From: Phycisphaerales bacterium UBA2266
GTDB taxonomy: Bacteria > Planctomycetota > Phycisphaerae > Sedimentisphaerales > Anaerobacaceae
Direction of reading: 5' to 3'
Assembly: GCA_002347125.1 (NCBI GenBank)
Contig: DDXG01000263.1
Coordinates: 1 to 56,041 of the forward strand
Length of the DNA: 56,041 nucleotides
The position numbers and the translations under genes are program-made. The first letter of the stretch is position 1. Every line of letters begins with the position of its first letter. This document shows positions 33,413-41,603 of this stretch, piece after piece. The notes under the pieces were generated by a model, which saw nothing but the letters and a program-made list of their open reading frames with translations, was not told the DNA's origin and ran no database searches.

Positions 33413-34422
33413 AGACGCTCGTCATCGGGTACGGTTCCATCGGTAGACGCCACGCCCGTAACGCCCGCCGCCTGGGGCATGAGGTGGTCCTGTTACGGCA
33501 CGGTGGCCATGATCCGAATCCCGACGGCCTGAGGGAGTATTATGACTTTGACGAAGTCCTCGCATCCGAGGGGTGCATTGACGCGGCGGTGGTTTGCAGC
33601 CCCACATCCGGCCACCTCGACGATGTTGCAGGCTTGGTCGAACGAGGGATACCGTTTCTGTTGGAGAAGCCGCCGGCCGTCGATCTGTCCGCCACGCGGC
33701 GGATGCGGCGGCTGTTGGAGCGGCCGGGCGCTCCACGATACGATATTGCCTTCAATATGCGCTACTACCCCCCATTGCGGTTCATTCGCCATCGTCTGTC
33801 CGATATGGGGCGGGTGTACTGTGCCCAGGTATGGGCTGGGGCGTATCTACCCGATTGGCGCCCAGGGGTGGACTATAGAACGACCAGCAGCGCCCGTGCG
33901 GAACTCGGCGGCGGCGTCCATGTGGAGCTGGTGCATGAGATCGACTACATCCTGTGGTTTTTCGGTATGCCCGTGAGCGTCTTCGCGACGGCGCGGCGAA
34001 TCAGCGATCTGGAGATCACCACGCAGGACCTCTGTTCGGCCGTGCTGCTCTACGAGGACGGCATGACCGTGGAGTTGCACCTGGACTACCTGTCGCGCAA
34101 GCGCATCCGAGGCTGCCGCGTCATTGCCCGCGATGCGACGCTCGAATGGGATATGGGCGCCGGGCAGATCAGTTGTGTCACGGACGGCTCGCAATGCGGG
34201 GATTTGCAGTTCTCGCTCGATCCCGGTTACGACTTCAACAACACCTATGTTGAGGAACTGGCGCATTTCACGCGGGTAGTGGACGAGGGGGCGGCGCCGG
34301 CCGTTGATATTCACACCGCCCTCAACGCTATGATGGTCCTTGACGCGATCAATGCCTCATCACTGAGCGGACGATGCGTGGGTCTTGCGGAGATACAGGT
34401 CGAGCAGGAGGTCCCGGCGTGA
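33409..34422 (+). CDS. Gfo/Idh/MocA-family NAD(P) oxidoreductase
   Basis: The N-terminal Rossmann segment is MKTLVIGYGSIGRRHARN, followed by LLEKPPA. An ATGA overlap joins it to the upstream gene. Confidence 0.8.
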   Translation: MKTLVIGYGSIGRRHARNARRLGHEVVLLRHGGHDPNPDGLREYYDFDEVLASEGCIDAAVVCSPTSGHLDDVAGLVERGIPFLLEKPPAVDLSATRRMRRLLERPGAPRYDIAFNMRYYPPLRFIRHRLSDMGRVYCAQVWAGAYLPDWRPGVDYRTTSSARAELGGGVHVELVHEIDYILWFFGMPVSVFATARRISDLEITTQDLCSAVLLYEDGMTVELHLDYLSRKRIRGCRVIARDATLEWDMGAGQISCVTDGSQCGDLQFSLDPGYDFNNTYVEELAHFTRVVDEGAAPAVDIHTALNAMMVLDAINASSLSGRCVGLAEIQVEQEVPA

Positions 34423-35162
34423 AACGATGGGTCATCATCTCGGGGGGTTGCGGCGTTCTGGGGCAGAGCTTCGCACGGGCACTTGCGGAAGACGGCTACG
34501 AGCCGCTGCTGCTGGATATCGCAGGCCCGAAGAGCGACAAGCCCCTGGTCGGCGAGTTTCTGCGTTGCGACATCACGGAGCCGTCCGATGTGATGCGGCT
34601 CGAAGGGTATATCGGTGCGCCGGATGCCGAGGTCCACGGGCTGATCAACAATGCCTCGTGCCAGCCGCCGGGTTTCGCCCATGAGCTGGAAGACTACTCG
34701 GTGGAGTGCTACCGCAGGGTTCTGGATGTCAACTTGGCAGGGAGTTTTCTCCTGACGCGCGCGGTTGTGCCGTACATGCAGCGTCAGCGATTCGGCAGCA
34801 TCATCAACATCGGTTCGATCCAGGGGGTGGTGGCGCCCACGTTTGAGATATATGCGGGCACCGGCATCACCTCTCCGCTGGCATACGCGGTCGCCAAGGC
34901 GGGGATGATTCACTTCGCCAAGTGGGTGGCGGCCCGGTACGGCAATTATAACGTCCGGTGCAATGCCGTCTCGCCCGGCGGCGTCAACGATCATCAGAAG
35001 GGCGGCGGCGAGTTCCTCGATGTGTACTGTTCCAGGACACCGCTGAACCGCATGGTCCGTTCGGCGGAGGTGGCGGAACTCGTTCGTTTCCTTATCAGCA
35101 ACCGGTCGGCGTACATCACCGGTCAGAACATTGTGATCGATGGAGGCTGGACGGCCCACTGA
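34419..35162 (+). CDS. Short-chain dehydrogenase/reductase (PtmA-like flagellin-modification oxidoreductase position)
   Basis: GTG 34419 forms a GTGA overlap with the upstream stop. Motifs: VIISGGCGVLGQSFARAL, NNAS, and the catalytic YAVAKAG. The gene sits directly upstream of the cytidylyltransferase. Confidence 0.8.
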   Translation: MKRWVIISGGCGVLGQSFARALAEDGYEPLLLDIAGPKSDKPLVGEFLRCDITEPSDVMRLEGYIGAPDAEVHGLINNASCQPPGFAHELEDYSVECYRRVLDVNLAGSFLLTRAVVPYMQRQRFGSIINIGSIQGVVAPTFEIYAGTGITSPLAYAVAKAGMIHFAKWVAARYGNYNVRCNAVSPGGVNDHQKGGGEFLDVYCSRTPLNRMVRSAEVAELVRFLISNRSAYITGQNIVIDGGWTAH

Positions 35163-35186
35163 GCCACGAGCACCCGCCGCTGCACC

Positions 35187-35918
35187 ATGTACAGGAACCG
35201 ACGAATCCTTGGTCTGATCCCTGCCCGGGGCGGGAGCAAAGGATTGCCCGGAAAGAACATCCGACCCCTGTTAGGCAAACCCCTGATCGTCTGGACGGTT
35301 GAACAGGCTTGTGCGGCCGTGTATCTGGATCGTGTGATCGTCTCGACCGACGACGACCAGATCGCACGGATTGCCGCGGCGGCGGGCGCCGAGGCGCCGT
35401 TTGTCCGCCCGAACGACTTGGCCGCCGATACCTCGCTGATTATTGACACGGTAATCCATGTCCTCGACAGGCTCGCGCAGGACGGGGAGGCATTCAACTA
35501 TGTGGCCCTGCTTGAACCGACTTCACCGTTGCGGGAAGACGGCGATATCGACCGGGCCGTCACCACGCTCATCAACAATGAAGAGCGGGCCGACAGTCTG
35601 ATGTACATCGGCAAGGTGGTCCTTCAGAACCCGCTCATGGCCAAACGCATTGACACCGAGGGCTACCTGCATCCGTTTCTTGATGCATCGACCGACGGGC
35701 GGCGGCAGGAACTGCCCGACGCCTACATCCCCTACGGCGTATGCTATCTGTCGAAGACATCGGCCTTGCGGAAGCACCGCACGTTCTATCAGCCGAGAAC
35801 GCTGGCCCTGGTTACGCAGCGCTGGCAGAACTATGAGATCGATGATATCTGGGATTTCGTCTGCATTGAAGCTGTCATGCAGCGGATCGTCCACGACCAG
35901 CAGCGGGTAAGCCCATGA
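35187..35918 (+). CDS. neuA: Acylneuraminate/nonulosonate cytidylyltransferase (CMP-sugar synthetase, NeuA/LegF/PtmB family)
   Basis: ILGLIPARGGSKGLPGKNIRPLLGKPLIVWT...VSTDD...LEPTSPLR. Confidence 0.9.
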   Translation: MYRNRRILGLIPARGGSKGLPGKNIRPLLGKPLIVWTVEQACAAVYLDRVIVSTDDDQIARIAAAAGAEAPFVRPNDLAADTSLIIDTVIHVLDRLAQDGEAFNYVALLEPTSPLREDGDIDRAVTTLINNEERADSLMYIGKVVLQNPLMAKRIDTEGYLHPFLDASTDGRRQELPDAYIPYGVCYLSKTSALRKHRTFYQPRTLALVTQRWQNYEIDDIWDFVCIEAVMQRIVHDQQRVSP

Positions 35919-36958
35919 CCACGAAGATGCACGACCTCAAAGACCTCGACCACGCCGTATCCAGCAAAGGCGATCCGTACGAGACCCTGGCGGTGCACCT
36001 GGGGCCGGCGGTCCATGCGTATCGCCGCCGGTGGGACTTGGCGGGCAGGGGGGAACTGTTGCCCGAGTTTCCATTGCACCTGAATATCGAGATTGTGTAC
36101 GGGTGCAATCTGCGGTGCGAATTCTGCGCGCACAGCCGTCCCGACCGCAATATCAAGAACCGGACCTGCCGAGGCAAGCGGCTTTCGTTTGAACAATACA
36201 AGCGAATTATCGACGAGGGTCGGCAGCGCGATCTGTGCTCGGTGGCGCTCAATGGCTTCAACGAGCCGCTGCTCCAGAGGGACATCGCCGACTACGTCCG
36301 TTATGCGGCCGACGCGGGGATCCTGGAGGTCTCCCTGCATACGAACGCGCTGCTTCTGAACGAGTCGATGAGCCGGTTCCTGCTGGACTGCGGGCTCAAT
36401 ATTATCATGTTCTCGATCGACGCCTTCAGCCGCGAGACCTATTCGCAAATCCGCAGGGGTGGCGACTACGACACCGTTGTGAGCAACATAACCACCTTCC
36501 TCGAACTGAAGGGCCGCCTGGGACTGACATTGCCGTTGACGCGGGCCTCTTTTGTCAAGACGAAGGTCAACGCCCATGAAATGGAAGACTTCGTTGCGTT
36601 CTGGGACCGGAGAACCGACTACGTTATGCTCCAGGGTTTCTGTAATATGTTCGTCGACGAAGATGGCTACGACGCTGTCGAAGACCGATACCGCCTCGAC
36701 GACCAGCCGTTCGAGACATGTCATCTGCCATGGCAGCGGCTGAGCATCGCGGCCGACGGGGCGGTATTGCCCTGTTGCTCCTACTTCGGCCTGAACATGC
36801 CGGTCGGCCACATTGAAGAAGGCAGCCTCTACGACATCTGGCACGGTCCGCGGATGCGAGAGCTTCGCGGGACCGTCAACACGCAACGGCGGCCGGCGTC
36901 TTGCGACCGGTGCCGGCGCTCCGCCGTCGGCCGCAACTATCGGCCGAATCCATCATGA
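35915..36958 (+). CDS. Radical SAM enzyme with a C-terminal SPASM/twitch-type Cys cluster
   Basis: IEIVYGCNLRCEFCAH (CxxxCxxC). The C-terminal Cys cluster is CHLPWQRLSIAADGAVLPCCSY...CDRC. ATGA overlaps occur at both ends. Confidence 0.8.
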   Translation: MTTKMHDLKDLDHAVSSKGDPYETLAVHLGPAVHAYRRRWDLAGRGELLPEFPLHLNIEIVYGCNLRCEFCAHSRPDRNIKNRTCRGKRLSFEQYKRIIDEGRQRDLCSVALNGFNEPLLQRDIADYVRYAADAGILEVSLHTNALLLNESMSRFLLDCGLNIIMFSIDAFSRETYSQIRRGGDYDTVVSNITTFLELKGRLGLTLPLTRASFVKTKVNAHEMEDFVAFWDRRTDYVMLQGFCNMFVDEDGYDAVEDRYRLDDQPFETCHLPWQRLSIAADGAVLPCCSYFGLNMPVGHIEEGSLYDIWHGPRMRELRGTVNTQRRPASCDRCRRSAVGRNYRPNPS

Positions 36959-37629
36959 CGGCTGTTCTGACAAAGTACTTCGAGACATCTCTCGGCCGCT
37001 ACTTCTTCGATTATCCCAAACGGCACGCAGGGCGGATTCATGAGCGGTTTGTGGCTGGGGGTGATTTGTTCTTCAGCGACCTGGCTGCGAAACACCCCGC
37101 CCATGGGAGCCGCCGGCCGGACGACAGGGAACTGGTCGAGATGATCCAGCTTGATCCGTGCCTGGAAGCTGTTCTGCTCTACCGTGTGGAGCGAAGTCTC
37201 TTTCTTGACGATCCGGACGACCCGCTGCTGCCGTATCTGGCGGGTCTGATGCGGCTCAAGACCGGGATCGAGTTGTATTACAGCACGGAGATCGGGCCGG
37301 GCCTGAACGTCATGCACGGCATGGGCGTCGTCGTGGGGCCCCGGTACAAGATTGGACGCAACTTCACCATCAACCACGGCGCGACCATCGGCCAAAGCGG
37401 GGCCGACGAGCCGGAGTCCATCATCATCGGTGACAATGTCCGCATCTTCGCCGGGGCCAAGGTCATCGGCCGCGTGCGGATCGGCGACAACGTGCATATC
37501 GGAGCCAACGCCGTGCTGATTGACGATGCCGAGTCCAATTCGGTCTATCTTGGCGTCCCCGCCAGAAAGGTCCGGGACTTGTATCACGATTTTGAAGTCG
37601 TTCCACCTCCCTTATCGGCGCCATTGTGA
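36955..37629 (+). CDS. Hexapeptide-repeat O-acetyltransferase (serine acetyltransferase/CysE-like)
   Basis: I moved the start to ATG 36955 (ATGA overlap). Motifs: LLYRVERSLF...GIELYYSTEIGPGLNVMHGMGVVVGP...IGDNVRIFAGAKVIGRVRIGDNVHIGANAV. Confidence 0.8.
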   Translation: MTAVLTKYFETSLGRYFFDYPKRHAGRIHERFVAGGDLFFSDLAAKHPAHGSRRPDDRELVEMIQLDPCLEAVLLYRVERSLFLDDPDDPLLPYLAGLMRLKTGIELYYSTEIGPGLNVMHGMGVVVGPRYKIGRNFTINHGATIGQSGADEPESIIIGDNVRIFAGAKVIGRVRIGDNVHIGANAVLIDDAESNSVYLGVPARKVRDLYHDFEVVPPPLSAPL

Positions 37630-39731
37630 AGACAGAGCCAACGATCCATACCTGCCTGGCCGATACCAACTCGGTCGCGGCGTTGAACGGTCACGCAAGG
37701 GATTTCGTCCACAGGCTCGCGGCCAGATGCGGCATCGAACGGCCCATGCGCCATCCGAGCCATCCGGTCGGCGGCGAGCGGCCGGACATTGGGTGGGCAG
37801 ACCGGGTGCCCGCGGCCGTTGTTGAGACGGCCGTGTTGATCCGGCGCGCGGAGGCGATGCTGCTGGAGTTGTTCTCCGGGGGCAGACTCCATGGGACGGT
37901 CCACACATGTATCGGCCAGGAGTTCTCGGCGGTGGCCTTCGCCGCGGCCATGAGCGACGACGATATAGTATGCTCCAACCACCGGTGCCACGGCCACTAC
38001 ATCGCTTTGACGAATGACTGCGACGGCCTGGTTGCAGAACTGATGGGCAAGACGACCGGCCCCTGCGGCGGGGTCGGCGGCAGTCAGCACCTTTGCACCG
38101 GCCGCTTCTTCTCCAACGGTATTCAGGGGGGCATGGTCCCTGTAGCGGCGGGGATGGCCCTGGCGAGCAAGCTGCGCGGGCAGGAGGCCATCGTGACGGC
38201 CTTCATCGGGGACGGCACGCTTGGCGAGGGCATTGTCTATGAGACCCTCAATATCGCCTCCATAGAATCGTTGCCTCTCTTGATTGTCTGTGAGAACAAC
38301 TTCTACGCGCAGTCCACACCTCAAGACCTCGGATTGGCCGGGGATATTGCGGCCCGCGGGCGTGCATTCGAGGTGAAGACCTTCGCGGGGACGACCGACG
38401 ATCCGGCTGGACTCATGGACGTCGCCCGGCTGTCCGTCGAGTACGTCCGGACCCGCCGCCGGCCCGCTTTCTGCACGGTGGACACCTGGCGCATATCGCC
38501 GCATTCCAAGGGCGACGACCACCGCGATGCGGAAGAGTTGGCGCACCATGCGGCCACCGACCCGTTGAACCAGTTTCAGCAGAGCCACCCGGACCTGTGG
38601 GCATCCATGCGGTCGAGGGCCGACGCGACCGTGCAGACGGCCGTGGACCGTGCCGAGGCGGCGCCCCGGCCGAAGGTAGCCGACTACCTTGACGGGCCCG
38701 GGTCGATGCCGTCCGTTCAATGGAAACCTGCGGACAGAATCGAAAGACGCCAAGGCACGCTTATCAATGAGTTCTTCCTGGAGACGATGCAACAGGATGC
38801 CTCGATGCTATTTATCGGGGAAGACGTTTTGGATCCCTACGGCGGGGCCTTCAAGGTGGCCGCCGGATTGTCTGAGGCATTCCCACAGCGCGTGTTCTCG
38901 ACGCCGATCAGCGAGGCGGCGATCACCGGAATCGCCAACGGCCTGGCTCTGGCGGGGTTTCGCCCGTACGTCGAAATCATGTTTGGCGATTTCATCACCC
39001 TGTCGCTGGACCAGATCATCAACCACGCCTCCAAGTTCCACCACATGTACAACCGGCAGGTTCAGTGCCCGGTGGTCATACGTACACCCATGGGCGGGCG
39101 TCGCTGCTACGGCCCGACCCACTCGCAGACACTCGACAAGCTGCTGCTTGGTATCGACAATGTGACGGTCATTGCACTGAACCGCCTCGTCGATCCTCGC
39201 CACGTCTACCGGAGCATTCATCACCACGAGCGACATCCCGTTGTTGTGATCGAGAACAAGACTGACTACGCCCGTCGCATCGGCGATGCAGAGATCACCG
39301 GCTATTCGCGCGAGCAGACGGTCGAGGACTACCCAACGACACGCATTCGCCCAATACGCTCGCGGCCCACGTTGACCGTCGTGGCATACGGCGGCGCGGC
39401 GGATATCGCCATAGACGGCATTGATCTGCTATTCGATGACCTTGACTTCAAGACGGAACTGCTTGTGCCGTCGAAGATTCACCCGCTTGATCTTGGGGCC
39501 ATACTCGAATCGGTGCGGACCACCGGCAGGCTCCTGGTGGTCGAGGAAGGGTCCGCCTTCGCGGGTCTGGGGGCTGAGATCATCGCCTCGGCGGCCGAGA
39601 CTCTTGGGCATTCGTTCACGGCGCGGCGCGTGGCTGCGAAGGCCGTACCCATCCCCGCGGCGGCGGAGCTTGAGGACTGCGTCCTGCCTGGTGTTGCGGA
39701 CATCCTGACGGCTGCACGGCAACTGCAATGA
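37626..39731 (+). CDS. Thiamine-diphosphate-dependent 2-oxoacid dehydrogenase E1 component, alpha and beta subunits fused (701 aa)
   Basis: The ThDP motif GDGTLGEG...ENN lies at nt 38208-38300. The beta-type region is LFIGEDVLDPYGGAFKVAAGLSEAFPQRVFSTPISEAAITGIANGLALAGFRPYVEIMF, followed by a C-terminal transketolase_C-like part. The start forms a GTGA overlap. Confidence 0.85.
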   Translation: MKTEPTIHTCLADTNSVAALNGHARDFVHRLAARCGIERPMRHPSHPVGGERPDIGWADRVPAAVVETAVLIRRAEAMLLELFSGGRLHGTVHTCIGQEFSAVAFAAAMSDDDIVCSNHRCHGHYIALTNDCDGLVAELMGKTTGPCGGVGGSQHLCTGRFFSNGIQGGMVPVAAGMALASKLRGQEAIVTAFIGDGTLGEGIVYETLNIASIESLPLLIVCENNFYAQSTPQDLGLAGDIAARGRAFEVKTFAGTTDDPAGLMDVARLSVEYVRTRRRPAFCTVDTWRISPHSKGDDHRDAEELAHHAATDPLNQFQQSHPDLWASMRSRADATVQTAVDRAEAAPRPKVADYLDGPGSMPSVQWKPADRIERRQGTLINEFFLETMQQDASMLFIGEDVLDPYGGAFKVAAGLSEAFPQRVFSTPISEAAITGIANGLALAGFRPYVEIMFGDFITLSLDQIINHASKFHHMYNRQVQCPVVIRTPMGGRRCYGPTHSQTLDKLLLGIDNVTVIALNRLVDPRHVYRSIHHHERHPVVVIENKTDYARRIGDAEITGYSREQTVEDYPTTRIRPIRSRPTLTVVAYGGAADIAIDGIDLLFDDLDFKTELLVPSKIHPLDLGAILESVRTTGRLLVVEEGSAFAGLGAEIIASAAETLGHSFTARRVAAKAVPIPAAAELEDCVLPGVADILTAARQLQ

Positions 39732-40957
39732 CGACCTGCGTACAGGAAATCCATGTTCCCCGCCAGACCGCCAACGACGCCGTCGCCACGGTTGTCGCCC
39801 TGAGATACGGCAACGGCGATGAAGTCCGTGCGGGGGATGAACTGTTGGACCTTGAGACGAGCAAGACCGTGTTCTCCATTACGGCCGAGTCCGGCGGCTA
39901 TGTGGAGTACTTCTGCGAACCGGAGCAGGATGTCGCCGTCGGCGCGGTGGTGGCGAGGGTATATTCACAGAAACCCGGTGCCGCCTCTGGGGCCGCCGGC
40001 ACACAGAGGCTGTGTGGTTCGGCTTCGGCCGTTCGTTTCTCGCCGGGAGCCCTGCGACGCCTGGGCGAACTGGGCATGGACCGAAGTATGTTCTCGCAAC
40101 ACGACCTCGTGACGGTCCACGATGTGAACGATCGCGTCGTCGGCTTGTCTGTGGAGTCCGCCGATGTCCGCTTTGAGAAGCTCTCCCGCGCTAAGCAGAC
40201 CGAGATCTCGCGGCTCCGGGAGGTGCAGTCGCGCGGGCTGACCGGCTCGGTCACCATCAAGGCGGACGTCCGGGGGGTGCTCGGCCGCCTCAATCGGCAC
40301 ATGACCTTCTTCCAGGATTCACTGCTGCCGCTGGTTGTCTACGAATCGTCCCGTCTTCTGCGGTGTTACGAGCGGCTCAACGCATACTTGGACGATGGAC
40401 GCATCGCCCTGCATAACGGGGTTCATGTGGGCATTGCGATAGACATCGACGATGGTCTAAAGGTTGCGAAGATTGTCGACGCCGACCGCCTGAGCTTCCC
40501 CGGGATCGAAGCGGAGATACGCCGCCTGACCGGGCGATACCTGGACAAGACGCTCACACCGTCCGAGTTGTCCGGGGCAACATTTACCGTTACGGACCTT
40601 TCGGCTGAAGGCGTGTACAGCTTCATCCCGCTTATCGACGCGGGTCAGTCGGCCATCCTGGCCATCGCCGCCGTCGATCCCGCCGAGGCGTGTTGTCTGC
40701 TGACGCTTACGTTTGACCACCGTGTCAGCGAAGGCAGGACGGCGGCCCGGTTCCTCGCGGAGCTCTCAAGACGCATTGAGAGTCACCGCAGCACCGGTGC
40801 GTCGGCGCCCACGGATCGTGCTCAGACGGTTCGGTGCGCCCGCTGTCTCAAGACACTTGCTGAAGACCGCTCCTCAAGGGGACCCGGGATGATACGAGTC
40901 CTTAACCATGAGGCCAACGAGGTCCTCCTGTGCCGATCGTGCTTTGACGGCTGGTAG
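39728..40957 (+). CDS. E2-type acyltransferase: lipoyl-attachment domain + peripheral-subunit-binding-like segment + 2-oxoacid dehydrogenase acyltransferase catalytic domain + C-terminal Cys4 tail
   Basis: The lipoyl motif is LLDLETSKTVFSITAESGGYV (Lys at nt 39863-39865). RFSPGALRRLGELGMD resembles an E3/E1-binding domain. The catalytic motif is FDHRVSEG (canonical DHRxxDG). The tail is CARC...CRSC at 40835-40957. Confidence 0.8.
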   Translation: MTTCVQEIHVPRQTANDAVATVVALRYGNGDEVRAGDELLDLETSKTVFSITAESGGYVEYFCEPEQDVAVGAVVARVYSQKPGAASGAAGTQRLCGSASAVRFSPGALRRLGELGMDRSMFSQHDLVTVHDVNDRVVGLSVESADVRFEKLSRAKQTEISRLREVQSRGLTGSVTIKADVRGVLGRLNRHMTFFQDSLLPLVVYESSRLLRCYERLNAYLDDGRIALHNGVHVGIAIDIDDGLKVAKIVDADRLSFPGIEAEIRRLTGRYLDKTLTPSELSGATFTVTDLSAEGVYSFIPLIDAGQSAILAIAAVDPAEACCLLTLTFDHRVSEGRTAARFLAELSRRIESHRSTGASAPTDRAQTVRCARCLKTLAEDRSSRGPGMIRVLNHEANEVLLCRSCFDGW

Positions 40958-40973
40958 GCCATCGAGCATCACC

Positions 40974-41603
40974 ATGCAGACTACGATTGACATTCATCAA
41001 GTCCGCGAGATCGTCGCTTCGTTTGTGGGCGAGGGGCCTTCGGCGCTTCAAGAGGATACCGACATCGGACGCACGGCCGTCCGCAGTTCGGTGCTTCTGC
41101 ACAGAATGTACGCACGGCTGGCGGAGGCGGGTCTGAAAGTCCCTGCCGGGCGGCGTCCCAGGACCTTTGGTGAGTTGATCGCCATGACCTATGAGGCGGC
41201 ACCCGCCCCCTCCGCGGGGCCGCGGGCCCCGGCGCCGTCGGCGGGCACCGCGGCCGCCGTGGCTGTGGGTATCGACATGGAGGATGTGGCCAACCTGCCG
41301 GCGGCGGCGGATTATCGCACAGATCCATTCTATACACAGAACTTCTCGCCCGCGGAGATCGCATATTGTGTCTTGCAGGCCGATCCGCGCCGGAGCTTCG
41401 CCGGGCGCTTCTGCGCCAAGGAGGCCGTTGTAAAAGCCGACAATGGCTATCGCGATGTGCCGTTCAATCGTCTGGAAATCGAGACGGACTCCGCCGGGCG
41501 ACCCGGCTTTGGGGACTTCGCCCTCTCGATTTCTCACACCGACGACAAAGTGGTTGCGGTCGCCGTGCGGATTACGCCGCCGACCGGGATTGTCCGAACA
41601 TGA
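40974..41603 (+). CDS. AcpS-type 4'-phosphopantetheinyl transferase with an extra ~75-aa N-terminal helical domain (possible carrier domain) and a Pro/Ala linker
   Basis: I moved the start to ATG 40974. PPTase motifs from nt ~41259: VGIDMEDV, FAGRFCAKEAVVKA, LSISHTDDKVVAVAV. The N-terminal domain (40974-41190) contains DIGRTAVRSSVLL at the position where carrier proteins carry the DSL serine. That resemblance is weak. Confidence 0.7.
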   Translation: MQTTIDIHQVREIVASFVGEGPSALQEDTDIGRTAVRSSVLLHRMYARLAEAGLKVPAGRRPRTFGELIAMTYEAAPAPSAGPRAPAPSAGTAAAVAVGIDMEDVANLPAAADYRTDPFYTQNFSPAEIAYCVLQADPRRSFAGRFCAKEAVVKADNGYRDVPFNRLEIETDSAGRPGFGDFALSISHTDDKVVAVAVRITPPTGIVRT

